Source of the DNA: Bdellovibrio sp.
GTDB lineage: Bacteria; Bdellovibrionota; Bdellovibrionia; Bdellovibrionales; Bdellovibrionaceae
Length of the DNA stretch: 64,000 bases
NCBI GenBank assembly: GCA_036676395.1
Contig: JAKFCY010000002.1
Location: 640,001-704,000, forward strand
Direction of reading: 5' to 3'
Shown here: positions 29,860 to 40,065 of the stretch, piece after piece
How the letters are laid out: every line of letters starts with the position of its first letter
Position numbering within the stretch: the stretch's first letter is position 1
The notes under the pieces: model-generated
What the model saw: the letters and a program-made list of their open reading frames with translations, nothing else
Database searches by the model: none
What the model was told of the DNA's origin: nothing
Program-made: the position numbers and the translations under genes

Positions 29860-32800
29860 GTGGAACGTCGCTGTAACTACCGCTTAATATTACTATTTTT
29901 TGTACTATTTTTTTCAATAGTTGCATCGGCATCACCACAGGTTACGACTTACCAAGCCCGCATCGTAAAGCCTGATGGCTTACCTTTAGAAACTGCCAAC
30001 GTTAATTTTAAATTTTCTGTTTTAAATCCTGCCGCGGATTGCGTTTTGTATGCTGAAACCTTTTCAGCGATCAATATGGCAAATTCTGCAGGTATTATTT
30101 CGTTCACGCTAGGGTCTGGTGTAAAAACTTTTCCCGCAAGTGCCACAACATTTGCGCAGGTTTTTAATAATTCAACGCCTGTGCTTTCTTGTGATGCGGG
30201 TGGCCCGCCAGATTATTCTCCGCTGTCTTTTGACGTTCGAAAAGTGGTCATGCAGTTCAACGATGGGGCTGGTTGGCAAACACTTCCGGCAATGTCGATC
30301 AATGCCGTTCCGTATTCGATCTATTCTGGTGATTCACTTCGTTTAGGTGGAGTCAGCGCAACTAACTATGTTCAATACTCAACAATTCCAACTTGTACTG
30401 CTTCGCAAGCTATTCGTTATGATGGTTCAAGTTTTTCTTGTGTAACATTAGCCAGTGGTGGTGGCGCATCCAGTACAATCACTTCCGGTGATGTGACAAC
30501 AGCTCTAGGGTATACTCCGGCGAACACTTCAACTGTAGGAACTTCATTTTCCACGGTGACTGCGACGTTAAGTTCATTAACTAGTTCACAGACAACTTTA
30601 ACTTCAACAATAAGTACTTTATCAGCATCATATTCAGCTTTGTCCGCTTCGATGACGACTTTTACAGATTCGCAATGGACGGCAAGTGCTACAGATATTT
30701 TTTATACTTTAGGAAATGTCGGTATCGGAACAAGTACGCCAGTTACTAAACTTGATGTGGCCGGCGGCATTCGTATTAGTATGGAACCAGCCACCTGTGC
30801 TGCAGGTCTTGCAGGAACATTACGTTATAACTTAGGCATTGTAGAATACTGTAACGGAACATCATGGACTGCATTTGGCGTTTCGGGTGCTGGAATTTTA
30901 GCTATAAACGGCTTAACTTCAGGCTCACAAACTTTTGCGATGGGTGCCACTGGCACTCAACCTAATGTGTCTTCAACGGGAACAGTGCACACAATTAATA
31001 TTCCAAATGCAGCGTCAGCTGCGGTGACTGCAGGTCTTTTAGCAAATACAGATTATCAAATTTTTACAAATAAAATGAATGCCACTAGTGCCGCAGTGAT
31101 TTCGGCATTAGGTTATACTCCGGCAAGTGTTACAGCTCATGTTATGGCAACTTACCAAGTGCGCGTCGCGACTAGTGGCAATATCGCTTTATCAGGAAAT
31201 CAAACCATCGATGGCATAAGTGTTGTCGCTGGTGATCGTGTCTTAGTTAAAAATCAATCGGCACAGCAAGAAAATGGTGTGTATGTTGCAAATGCTGGTG
31301 CATGGACACGTGCAGCAGATATAAATACTTGGGAAAAAACTATCGGCTACAAAGCTCACGTTACAGAAGGTGCAGCTTGGGAAGGAATGACTTTTTCTTC
31401 AAACACATCAGTGGGCGGCACTCTTGATAGCACAGTTTTTGAGTGGAGTTCTGCAGGTAGTACAAACATCAGTTTAAATACAGCGCAGGGCTTTAGTGCA
31501 CTTGGTGCAAATACGACAGGAACAACAAACGCTGCATATGGGCCAGGAACTCTGGCTTTAAATACAACCGGATCAGCGAATACAGCCAATGGATTTCGTG
31601 CTCTTTATTCAAATTCAACGGGATCGTATAATACTGCCAACGGAGCAATTTCACTTTTTAGCAATATCTCGGGATCATATAATACGGCCAACGGATATCG
31701 TAGTCTTTACTTTAATACCGGAAGTTACAATACGGCGACAGGTTATCGTTCTCTTTATTTAAATTCCACAGGAATTAATAATACAGCTAACGGCTATAAT
31801 GCTCTGACAAATACGACGACCGGAAGTAATAATACAGGAGTTGGTTTTAGCGCGGGAAGCGCGATCACTACCGGAAGCAACAACGTCGTCATTGGTTCAA
31901 ACACAGGTTCAAGTTTTGCGACAGATTCAAATAATATTTCAATCAGTGATGGGGCGGGTAACGAACGAATTCGCGTGGTCTCCAGCGGTAATGTGGGGAT
32001 TGGAACGACAACACCGGTGACAGCGCTTCAAGTTTCAGGTGGTGTACGTATCAGCATGGAATCTGCTATTTGTGCCACAAGTTATGCGGGAACTTTACGT
32101 TATAATTCTGGCAACGTGGAATTTTGTAACGGTGCAAGCTGGTCGGCCTTCGGTGTAGCTGGAGCTGGAATAACAAATTTCAATGGTTCAACTTCCGGCT
32201 CGCAAACTTTTGCCAATGGTACGACAGGTACAGCTCCTTTATTTGTAACCACTAATGGCGTGCATACATTAAATATTCCACTTGCATCAGCAGGCTCTGT
32301 GACGGCGGGCCTTTTATCGAATGCGGATTACGCAACGTTCATGAATAAGATGACATCAAGTTCTGCAAGTATCGCACAAGCGTTAGGTTATACACCAGCA
32401 GCCAGTGGTGCGATCGCTATTGCTGATTTAACAGATGCACACACTAATTCTAACGACAGTATTTTTATCGGTGTCGGTACACCCCAATCGGGGACAACAT
32501 CCAATAATACAGCGCTCGGAGTAAGTGCTTTAGCGTTGCTTACCGACGGTTCAGAAAACGTCGCGATCGGCAAAGAAGCTTTGTATAGTAACACCAGCGG
32601 TTATGCCAATACTGCAATCGGGTGGGAATCTTTATTTTCTAATACTACGGGTGGAAATAACACTTCTGTGGGTAATGAATCAATGGCGGCGAATACGACA
32701 GGTTATTCTAATAGTGCGCTCGGAAGTTGGGCTTTATATAGAAATACAACTGGTAGCTTCAACGTAGCTCTTGGTGAGGCAGCCATAGATTATAATACGA

Positions 32801-35800
32801 GTGGTAATTATAACATTGGTATTGGTATGACAGCGGGACGTTATAATACCAATGGCAATTACAATACGTTTCTTGGATCAAACGCTGGACGAGGTCAAGG
32901 AACTAATCTTTCAAATGTTTCAGGAAGCACTTTGGTTGGTTACAGTGCGGGATCAAATATTCTTACGGGCGCGAATGGCAATACACTTTTAGGTTATAAA
33001 GTGGGTGATAATATCACAACCGGATCTAAGAACATCGTCATCGGTTATGATATCGATGCCACAACAGCTACGGCTTCTAACACATTAAACATTGGAAATC
33101 TTATTTTTGGTACAGAAGTAAATGGTGTAGGTACGGCTATTTCTACAGGCAACGTCGGAATTGGCATCACTGACCCAAAAGCCATATTACATTTAAAAGC
33201 AGGAACCACAGCGGCCAATACGGCTCCTTTGAAATTTACCAGCGGAACATTACTTACCTCTCCAGAATCAGGGACTGTTGAATATGATGGAACTAATTTA
33301 TATTTCACTGATAGTACAAATATCCGTAGAACGATAACTTCGACAGCCGGTGCAGGAACATACGATAGTGCTTCACTGATTTCAAATTCTGGTAATATCA
33401 CGATGTATCCAAATAGCGGAGCGGGCAGCGTTATTGTATCTGCCACAACGGCTTCAACGTCATCAAACACGGGAGCTCTTGTTGTAAAAGGTGGTGTAGG
33501 TGTTACAGGAGATATTAATGTATCAGGTACAATCAGCGCGACAGTAGGCTTAGTTACGCCATTAGTTGTTGGAAGCAATGCCTCGAGCGGAAGTCTAACC
33601 TTAAATTCAACGACTCATGCTAATAAAGGAAATATTTATATTTCGCCGCAAGACGCCGGTAAAGTGGCGATCGGTAATGTCGATCCGTTGGTAGGATTGC
33701 ATGTGCAAAAACCAGGTCCACTTAATTTAGTCGCGATATTTCAAGCCGGCGCAAGTTCGGGATCAATCGCTTTAGGAACCAATGCAACTTACCCAGCATC
33801 AGGTGGGCAAGTGCAAGGGTTAGATGGATCGGGTGCAGCCGGTTCATTAGTTTTAAATGCGATCGGTGGTTTTGTCGGAATCGGAACCGCGGCGCCATTG
33901 GCACCTCTTCATATAAGAAGACCATTTGGTTCTAGTCAGTCGTTACTCTTAGAAGGTGATTCTGCATCGACTGGAACTCCAAAACTTACATTTTTAGATA
34001 CTAACGGTGGATCTACGCAAGGCCATATTGGGTTCGATGCCACAAATGGTTTTAGCATGATGGGTGGTAAAGTTGGAATCGGTACTGTGTCTCCAGCAGG
34101 TGTACTCGAAATCAATACTCCGGATGCAACGCCAAATATTTTATTAAGCCGTACAGCTATGGCAACCAAATGGGCTATTCGTAATTCAAATAATGGCGTG
34201 AGTGATACGTTGTTAATCGGAGATAATGCAAATAATCTATCAGGCATTTCTATTGAAGCATCGGGCCGCGTAGGAATTGGGTTAACAATACCGGTAACTC
34301 AATTAGATGTATCAGGTGCAATTCGCATCAGCGATGATCAAACCGCGTGTAGTTCTGCAAACAAAGGGGCGATGCGTTTTAATCAGTCGACAAATATTTT
34401 TCAAATGTGTGATGGGATTTCGTGGAATACCTCGGCCAGTGCCGATTTGATTCCTGCAAGTTCGGTTGTGCTGATGTCGTCGTGTCCAGTAGGTTGGACA
34501 AATAATGGACTAGCTTCGGCTGCTGGACAGGGGGCGGTAACATGTAGTGGTATTACTTGTAGTCTTTGTCAGGCGCCAAGTGCTTCACTCGTGCCAGCAA
34601 GTTCAAATATGTTAATGGAGTCTTGCCCGTCGGGTTGGACAACCATGAATAAAGCCGGAGGCCCGGGTCGTTCTGGTTATACCCTAAGCGGCAGCATTGT
34701 TGATTTTGTGACTTGTCAATCTCCGGCGATAAGTTCTGTTATGCCCAAAGGTAGTCGTGTCATAATGCAATTTTGTCCGGCGGCGTGGAATGATTTAGGT
34801 GATTCAGGACCAGGGCAAATTCTGGCAACTTGCGGAGCAATACCTTGTCGTGTGTGTGAAGTTCCAGGCGGCGTAGCAAATCCAAGAGTGCTTTACGGTG
34901 GTACCGCTAGTGGTTCTGCAGCTTTAGGGGCTGAAGTAAGTATTATCGGCGGGCGTGGTGGTTCAACATCTGGCCAAGGAGGCCAAGTAAATATTCGCGG
35001 TGGTATGGCGAACGATGGTTTGGGCGGATCAGTGTTTATTAATGCAGGAGCCGCATCAACAACTACGAACACTAGCTATGCAGGGGCATCTATTTATTTA
35101 GAAGCGGGTGATGGTGTTGTTAGTGGTATCGGAGGAGTAATCAGTTTAAAAGCTGGCAAATCAGTAGAGGGAATCTTCGAAGATATTCATTTGCAATCCA
35201 CTGGTGGTCGTGTCGGCATCGGTACGACAAATCCCGAACAACGACTTCATGTTGCGGGTAATTCAGCACTGTTAGGTTCATTACAAACAAATATTTCAGC
35301 TTATGCCAGTGGTGGTATTCGCTTAACTGGCAATGGTGGAGCCTCGCAAGAAGCAATTTCTTTTTGGGGTGGTAATAGTGGCGGTGGTGCCGCGATTGCT
35401 TTTAGACGCGATGATAATTTAGGAAGTTATCTTGATTTTTACACAGATGATACCGGTTTCGGAAACATCACCCATGCAGCGACACTTAATAATTTAGGTA
35501 ATTTTGGTATAGGAACAGCTTCGCCAACCACTAGATTGCATGTAGCAAACTCTTCAACAGTAACAAATGCAGTAGCGACTTTAGAATCGACCGGAGCTGG
35601 CGGCAGACCTTACATGAAATTTCGCGGCGACGGTGCAGATATGGGTTATGTCGGTTACGGCAGTACGGCTCAACCCAATTTAATTCTTATGAACTATGTT
35701 TCTGGCCCGACCTACTTAGGAACAAATTCAGTAATACGCATGAGCATTACATCTGCAGGCTCAGTCGGTATCGGCACGCAAACACCAGAAAATTTATTAG

Positions 35801-36549
35801 ATGTCGCAGGCATTGCACAAGTAAATTACTTAAGGGTAGATGTTTCCGATGCCATCAGCGAGGGCGGAGAAATCCAGCTAATGGGTTCACCGACGTACAC
35901 AAATCTTCAGTTAGATAATTTTCAGGGAAATTTTAGAATACACACTTTGGCTGCGGGTAAAAAGATGCAGGTTCTAGGTGGTACGATGTCAGTTGAAGGA
36001 GCTAGTGGCACGAATTATTTTGCGGCAGCCGTGGGTATTGGCAATCCTTCGCCAGCTGTGGCTCTTGATGTGACCGGTGACATCCGCGGAACAGGTACTG
36101 TGGCGACGTGGTCAGATTTGCGCACAAAGAAAAATATCAAAGTGATTCCTGATTCGCTAAATAAAATTTTACATCTTCGGGGTGTGGGTTTTGATTGGCG
36201 CACTGATGAATTTCCGGATAAAAAATTTAAAACGACCCCTGATATCGGGGTGATTGCTCAGGAAGTTGAAAAAGTATTTCCTGAAGTTGTTAAAACTTCA
36301 TCTGATGGTTATAAATCTGTTGGATATGCGCAGTTAGTGGCCCCGTTAATTGAAGCGGTTAAAGAGCTTTATTATAAAATCACAGGTGTCGAGCGTAAGA
36401 TTGATCGCACGGTAGCTGCAGTCGCAAGTATCGAAGCTAAAAAAGCGGATAAAACTGAAGTGGATGCTTTAAAAGCTGAAAATGCAGAGCTAAAATCTCG
36501 TTTAGACCGCTTAGAAAAAATGATGCTAAACCAGCAAAAATCGAAATAA
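29860..36549 (+). CDS. Giant mosaic trimeric fibre adhesin (MAT-like, 2229 aa) with C-terminal S74 chaperone
   Basis: Signal peptide, TYQARIVKPDG...INAVPYS N-domain, GNVGIGT and NTANG repeats, WSDLRTKKNI...IGVIAQEVEKVFPEVV...GYAQLVAPLIEAVKEL, coiled coil. Confidence 0.92.
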   Translation: MERRCNYRLILLFFVLFFSIVASASPQVTTYQARIVKPDGLPLETANVNFKFSVLNPAADCVLYAETFSAINMANSAGIISFTLGSGVKTFPASATTFAQVFNNSTPVLSCDAGGPPDYSPLSFDVRKVVMQFNDGAGWQTLPAMSINAVPYSIYSGDSLRLGGVSATNYVQYSTIPTCTASQAIRYDGSSFSCVTLASGGGASSTITSGDVTTALGYTPANTSTVGTSFSTVTATLSSLTSSQTTLTSTISTLSASYSALSASMTTFTDSQWTASATDIFYTLGNVGIGTSTPVTKLDVAGGIRISMEPATCAAGLAGTLRYNLGIVEYCNGTSWTAFGVSGAGILAINGLTSGSQTFAMGATGTQPNVSSTGTVHTINIPNAASAAVTAGLLANTDYQIFTNKMNATSAAVISALGYTPASVTAHVMATYQVRVATSGNIALSGNQTIDGISVVAGDRVLVKNQSAQQENGVYVANAGAWTRAADINTWEKTIGYKAHVTEGAAWEGMTFSSNTSVGGTLDSTVFEWSSAGSTNISLNTAQGFSALGANTTGTTNAAYGPGTLALNTTGSANTANGFRALYSNSTGSYNTANGAISLFSNISGSYNTANGYRSLYFNTGSYNTATGYRSLYLNSTGINNTANGYNALTNTTTGSNNTGVGFSAGSAITTGSNNVVIGSNTGSSFATDSNNISISDGAGNERIRVVSSGNVGIGTTTPVTALQVSGGVRISMESAICATSYAGTLRYNSGNVEFCNGASWSAFGVAGAGITNFNGSTSGSQTFANGTTGTAPLFVTTNGVHTLNIPLASAGSVTAGLLSNADYATFMNKMTSSSASIAQALGYTPAASGAIAIADLTDAHTNSNDSIFIGVGTPQSGTTSNNTALGVSALALLTDGSENVAIGKEALYSNTSGYANTAIGWESLFSNTTGGNNTSVGNESMAANTTGYSNSALGSWALYRNTTGSFNVALGEAAIDYNTSGNYNIGIGMTAGRYNTNGNYNTFLGSNAGRGQGTNLSNVSGSTLVGYSAGSNILTGANGNTLLGYKVGDNITTGSKNIVIGYDIDATTATASNTLNIGNLIFGTEVNGVGTAISTGNVGIGITDPKAILHLKAGTTAANTAPLKFTSGTLLTSPESGTVEYDGTNLYFTDSTNIRRTITSTAGAGTYDSASLISNSGNITMYPNSGAGSVIVSATTASTSSNTGALVVKGGVGVTGDINVSGTISATVGLVTPLVVGSNASSGSLTLNSTTHANKGNIYISPQDAGKVAIGNVDPLVGLHVQKPGPLNLVAIFQAGASSGSIALGTNATYPASGGQVQGLDGSGAAGSLVLNAIGGFVGIGTAAPLAPLHIRRPFGSSQSLLLEGDSASTGTPKLTFLDTNGGSTQGHIGFDATNGFSMMGGKVGIGTVSPAGVLEINTPDATPNILLSRTAMATKWAIRNSNNGVSDTLLIGDNANNLSGISIEASGRVGIGLTIPVTQLDVSGAIRISDDQTACSSANKGAMRFNQSTNIFQMCDGISWNTSASADLIPASSVVLMSSCPVGWTNNGLASAAGQGAVTCSGITCSLCQAPSASLVPASSNMLMESCPSGWTTMNKAGGPGRSGYTLSGSIVDFVTCQSPAISSVMPKGSRVIMQFCPAAWNDLGDSGPGQILATCGAIPCRVCEVPGGVANPRVLYGGTASGSAALGAEVSIIGGRGGSTSGQGGQVNIRGGMANDGLGGSVFINAGAASTTTNTSYAGASIYLEAGDGVVSGIGGVISLKAGKSVEGIFEDIHLQSTGGRVGIGTTNPEQRLHVAGNSALLGSLQTNISAYASGGIRLTGNGGASQEAISFWGGNSGGGAAIAFRRDDNLGSYLDFYTDDTGFGNITHAATLNNLGNFGIGTASPTTRLHVANSSTVTNAVATLESTGAGGRPYMKFRGDGADMGYVGYGSTAQPNLILMNYVSGPTYLGTNSVIRMSITSAGSVGIGTQTPENLLDVAGIAQVNYLRVDVSDAISEGGEIQLMGSPTYTNLQLDNFQGNFRIHTLAAGKKMQVLGGTMSVEGASGTNYFAAAVGIGNPSPAVALDVTGDIRGTGTVATWSDLRTKKNIKVIPDSLNKILHLRGVGFDWRTDEFPDKKFKTTPDIGVIAQEVEKVFPEVVKTSSDGYKSVGYAQLVAPLIEAVKELYYKITGVERKIDRTVAAVASIEAKKADKTEVDALKAENAELKSRLDRLEKMMLNQQKSK

Positions 36550-36678
36550 TTGTAAAGATCAGGATCATTCAATATCGTCAATCTCCCAATTAAGCTTAGG
36601 CTTTGGCTGTTTCGATTTATTATAGCCGTCTTCATATTCCGGATTCCCACCCACAAGTCTTCTCATTTCGTAATTACT

Positions 36679-37131
36679 GGGCACCGCCCCTGAACGTCGT
36701 GTTGCATTGGTTTACACGCATGCAACAAACATCTTTTTTAAGAACTCAGCGATTTTCTAAACTTCACGGCGGAGAACCTTCTATTGGGCGTCGGCGTGCG
36801 CGCAGGCCCCTGACGACGAAACTTCCGATTCATGTGACTTTACGCTCTGATTTTGCCTACGGCGGGCGGTGCCTTATGAAACACCACAAATTGATCTATG
36901 CTATTCTGCGCAAGGCCTCAAAACGATTTAATATTTCAATCTACGAGCGCGCGATTTGTGGTAATCATATTCATCTTTTAGTGCGTGGAAAAAAACGTAT
37001 AGATTTACAGAATTTTTTTCGGGTGGTGGCTGGTCATATTGCTCAACAGATCTTGCTTCAGTTTCCGATCCGTCAAAACGAGCGATTAGCTACGAAATTA
37101 CTGAATCGCCGTAAGCAGCGGGGCGGTGCCC
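36679..37131. repeat. 12-bp perfect inverted repeat pair GGGCACCGCCCC (36679-36690) / GGGGCGGTGCCC (37120-37131)
   Basis: Read directly; the two are exact reverse complements. One copy lies upstream of the HUH gene and one inside it. Confidence 0.8.
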
Positions 37132-37352
37132 CCCTAGTTCATGAAAATAAATGTAAGCACCCGAAAAATCAGTATAAATTTTGGCAGGCGTTGGTGTTTT
37201 CAAGACTACTTTCAGGATGGGGACGCGAGTATCAAAGCGTGAAAAAATATATCGTGCAGAATACATTAGAAGCGCTGAAGCTTATTCCTTATCAACAACG
37301 TAAACATCGCTACAATGTTCAATATAACCAAAAAGTGAATAATACTTCATAG
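36720..37352 (+). CDS. HUH Y1 tyrosine transposase-like protein (IS200/RAYT-related)
   Basis: IHVTLR, NHIHLLV (HUH), FWQ...SR, YI.QN (catalytic Tyr); start likely MQQTSF. Confidence 0.8.
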   Translation: MQQTSFLRTQRFSKLHGGEPSIGRRRARRPLTTKLPIHVTLRSDFAYGGRCLMKHHKLIYAILRKASKRFNISIYERAICGNHIHLLVRGKKRIDLQNFFRVVAGHIAQQILLQFPIRQNERLATKLLNRRKQRGGAPLVHENKCKHPKNQYKFWQALVFSRLLSGWGREYQSVKKYIVQNTLEALKLIPYQQRKHRYNVQYNQKVNNTS

Positions 37353-37481
37353 TAAAAGAACGTAAAGAGCGTCAAAACTTTCGACACTGTTTGTAGTCAA
37401 TAGGGTAAAACTTTTACGTGGACTGTTGGCCCTGCAATCGCATTCCTACAGATTGAAAAACACCTGTTAAAGTCTCAAGTT

Positions 37482-38924
37482 ATGACATATGCAAATAAAT
37501 TTTTAGCGGCATTCATTTTAACTTCAAGCTTATTAGCCGAGGCATCCCCTCGTACGGTAATGGTGCATTTATTTGAATGGAAATGGAATGATATCGCCTA
37601 TGAATGCGAAACGTACTTGGGGCCAAATGGGTTTGCCGGTGTGCAAGTATCGCCGCCAAATGAACATGCCATTGTCGATGGCCAACCATGGTATCAACGT
37701 TATCAACCAGTGTCTTATATTTTAAACTCGCGTTCAGGAAATCGTGAAGAATTCGTCAACATGGTTAAAACTTGTAAAAAAGCAGGCGTGGATATTTACG
37801 TTGATGCCGTTATCAATCACATGACAGGTATTTTACCCCAAGACGAACAGCGCACAGGTTCTTCGGGGTCGCGTTTTGGCCATTTTAGTTATCCAGATTA
37901 CAGTTATAATGATTTTCATCACTGTGGCCGCAACGGTAATGATCAAATTAATAATTATGGCGATCGATATGAAGTGCAAAACTGTGCACTTGTTGGCTTG
38001 GCTGATTTAAGTATCGAAAAAGATTACGTGCGTGATCGCATCGCGCAATACCTGAATGATTTAGTTGATATTGGTGTTGCAGGTTTTCGTATTGATGCTG
38101 CAAAACACATGTCGACCGATTCTTTAAATGAAATTTTAAAACGTGTAAAAGGTAATGCTTATATTTACCAAGAAGTGATTGATCAAGGCGGCGAAGCCAT
38201 TTCTGCAAATGAATATTTTCAAAATGGGGATGTCACTGAATTTAAATACAGTCTTGATTTATCACGCGTCATGCAAGGTGGAAGATTACACTGGCTAAAT
38301 GATAAAGCTCGGTTCGGCGAGGGCTGGGGCTACATGTCTAGCGAAAATGCTATCGTCTTTGTAGATAATCATGATAATCAGCGCGGTCACGGTGGTGGTG
38401 GCCACATTTTAAATTATCAAAACGGTCGCGACTATGAATTAGCCAGCGTATTAATGCTGGCTTGGCCTTACGGTTACCCGCAAGTGATGTCGAGTTTTGC
38501 TTTTACTAGCCCGAACACTTCGCCCCCGGCATTTGCTGATGGCAGCACAAAGTCAGTTGATTGTTTATCGCGTGCACAAGGACCGCAAGCTCAAGAAGGT
38601 TGGGTGTGTGAACACCGTTGGTCCATGATTCGTGAAATGGTGAACTTCAGAAATGTAACAAGCTCTAAATTTACTCTGAATAATTGGTGGAGCAATGGTA
38701 ATAACCAAATCGCTTTTTCTAGAGGAGATTTAGGTTTTGTTGTGATTAACCATGAAAATCAAGAATTAAAACAAACCCTGCAAACTGGATTGTCGCAAGG
38801 TTTGTATTGTGATGTTTTAAGTCAAAATTGCGAGCGCAAAGTTGAAGTGCGCGCAAATGGTGAAGCTGAAATTACAGTGTCAGCCCAAAGTGCCGCTGCA
38901 ATTCACGTCGGTCGCAAACTTTAA
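37482..38924 (+). CDS. Secreted alpha-amylase (GH13, animal-like)
   Basis: HLFEWKW..IA.EC, DAVINH, GFRIDAAKH, YQEVID, FVDNHDNQRGHG, CEHRW. Confidence 0.95.
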   Translation: MTYANKFLAAFILTSSLLAEASPRTVMVHLFEWKWNDIAYECETYLGPNGFAGVQVSPPNEHAIVDGQPWYQRYQPVSYILNSRSGNREEFVNMVKTCKKAGVDIYVDAVINHMTGILPQDEQRTGSSGSRFGHFSYPDYSYNDFHHCGRNGNDQINNYGDRYEVQNCALVGLADLSIEKDYVRDRIAQYLNDLVDIGVAGFRIDAAKHMSTDSLNEILKRVKGNAYIYQEVIDQGGEAISANEYFQNGDVTEFKYSLDLSRVMQGGRLHWLNDKARFGEGWGYMSSENAIVFVDNHDNQRGHGGGGHILNYQNGRDYELASVLMLAWPYGYPQVMSSFAFTSPNTSPPAFADGSTKSVDCLSRAQGPQAQEGWVCEHRWSMIREMVNFRNVTSSKFTLNNWWSNGNNQIAFSRGDLGFVVINHENQELKQTLQTGLSQGLYCDVLSQNCERKVEVRANGEAEITVSAQSAAAIHVGRKL

Positions 38925-39131
38925 TTAGCCATGGCGGTGAGAGCCTGAATGTTGTGAGGTATGTTTAGACTTCACAGCTTTTCCAGCTCCGCCGGTTTTT
39001 TTATTAACCGTAGCCCAGGCAATACGTTCACTGGCTTTTTCTGAGCGGCCTTGTTTTTTTTCGCTCTCTTCAATATGTTCGGCCATTCTTTTTTGTTTAT
39101 CTGTGTATTTGGCTTTGCTTCCTTTTGCCAT
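38925..39131 (-). CDS. Small basic stress-associated protein (YTDKQKR...RIAWATVNK family)
   Basis: Conserved motif YTDKQKR.AEHIE...AWATVNK; AGGAGG RBS before ATG 39131. Confidence 0.8.
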   Translation of the reverse strand: MAKGSKAKYTDKQKRMAEHIEESEKKQGRSEKASERIAWATVNKKTGGAGKAVKSKHTSQHSGSHRHG

Positions 39132-39141
39132 AAAAATCCTC

Positions 39142-40065
39142 CTAATTGATTGGTAATCCACCTGTGACGGGGATAATTGTTCCGGTGATATAACTTGAAT
39201 CTGCATCTGATGCTAAAAACACATACAGCGGGGCAAGCTCTTCGGGTTGCGCCGGTCTTTCGATCGGCTGTTTTTTGCCGAAGGTTTTTATTTTTTCTTT
39301 TTTTGCACCTGCATCTGAGGGGTTAAGCGGTGTCCACACCGGACCGGGTGCCACCGCATTGACCCGAATACCTTTTTTAACCAGTGATTGTGCTAAAGAT
39401 TTTGTGAAAGTATTAATAGCCCCTTTGGTGGCGGCATAGTCTGGTAAATCATGAGGGCCCATCGCTGCTGTTTGAGAACTTGTAACGATAATAGATGAAC
39501 CTTGTTTTAAATATTTAAGTGCAGCTTTTGCTAAATGAAAATAAGCATAAATATTTACTTTAAAAGTAAGATCCCATTCTTTAGTTGTGACTTCGTCCAA
39601 AGAATCTTTTCGCATTTGGTGAGCTGCATTGCTGACCAGAATATCTAAGCCACCTAATTCTTTGGCAGCAGTTGTTACAGCTTTTTTACAAAATGCTTCT
39701 CGGCTTAAATCGCCTTCTATTAAAATGCAGCGCCGATTATAAAGTTCAACTAAGTGTTTTGTCAGCTCTGCATCTTTACGTTCACGGGCGGTATAAACGA
39801 TAGCTACATCAGCACCTTCACGCGCATAAAGCACAGCAACGGCTCTGCCGATTCCACTATCACCTCCGGTAATTAAAGCTTTTTTATTTTCAAGCTTGTT
39901 GGCCGAACGATAAAGAGCGGCCTGCCACTGCGGTTGGTTTTTCATTTTATGTTCTAAGCCCGGAGATTTTTGTTTTGGTTCACGAAATGGAGGTTGCGGG
40001 CGGCTGAGCCTAGGTTGTTTTTTTATCTGAGGTTTTGTTGATTTTTCTGAGTGGGCAGTGCGCAT
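39142..40065 (-). CDS. SDR oxidoreductase (YghA/general stress protein type)
   Basis: ITGGDSGIGRAVA, YAATKGAI, VAPGPVWTPL, RPAQPEELAP. Confidence 0.93.
   Translation of the reverse strand: MRTAHSEKSTKPQIKKQPRLSRPQPPFREPKQKSPGLEHKMKNQPQWQAALYRSANKLENKKALITGGDSGIGRAVAVLYAREGADVAIVYTARERKDAELTKHLVELYNRRCILIEGDLSREAFCKKAVTTAAKELGGLDILVSNAAHQMRKDSLDEVTTKEWDLTFKVNIYAYFHLAKAALKYLKQGSSIIVTSSQTAAMGPHDLPDYAATKGAINTFTKSLAQSLVKKGIRVNAVAPGPVWTPLNPSDAGAKKEKIKTFGKKQPIERPAQPEELAPLYVFLASDADSSYITGTIIPVTGGLPIN

Noticed and set aside
31500..31900. Tandem AATAC.GC.AA.GG DNA repeats as a CRISPR array or DGR template
   Set aside because: They are in-frame coding repeats (NTANG solenoid, about 14 aa period); no cas or reverse transcriptase genes.
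1..36549. Tail-fibre/S74 genes as prophage remnants
   Set aside because: No capsid, terminase or other phage genes; fibre 2 has a Sec signal and a host-type N-terminal domain.
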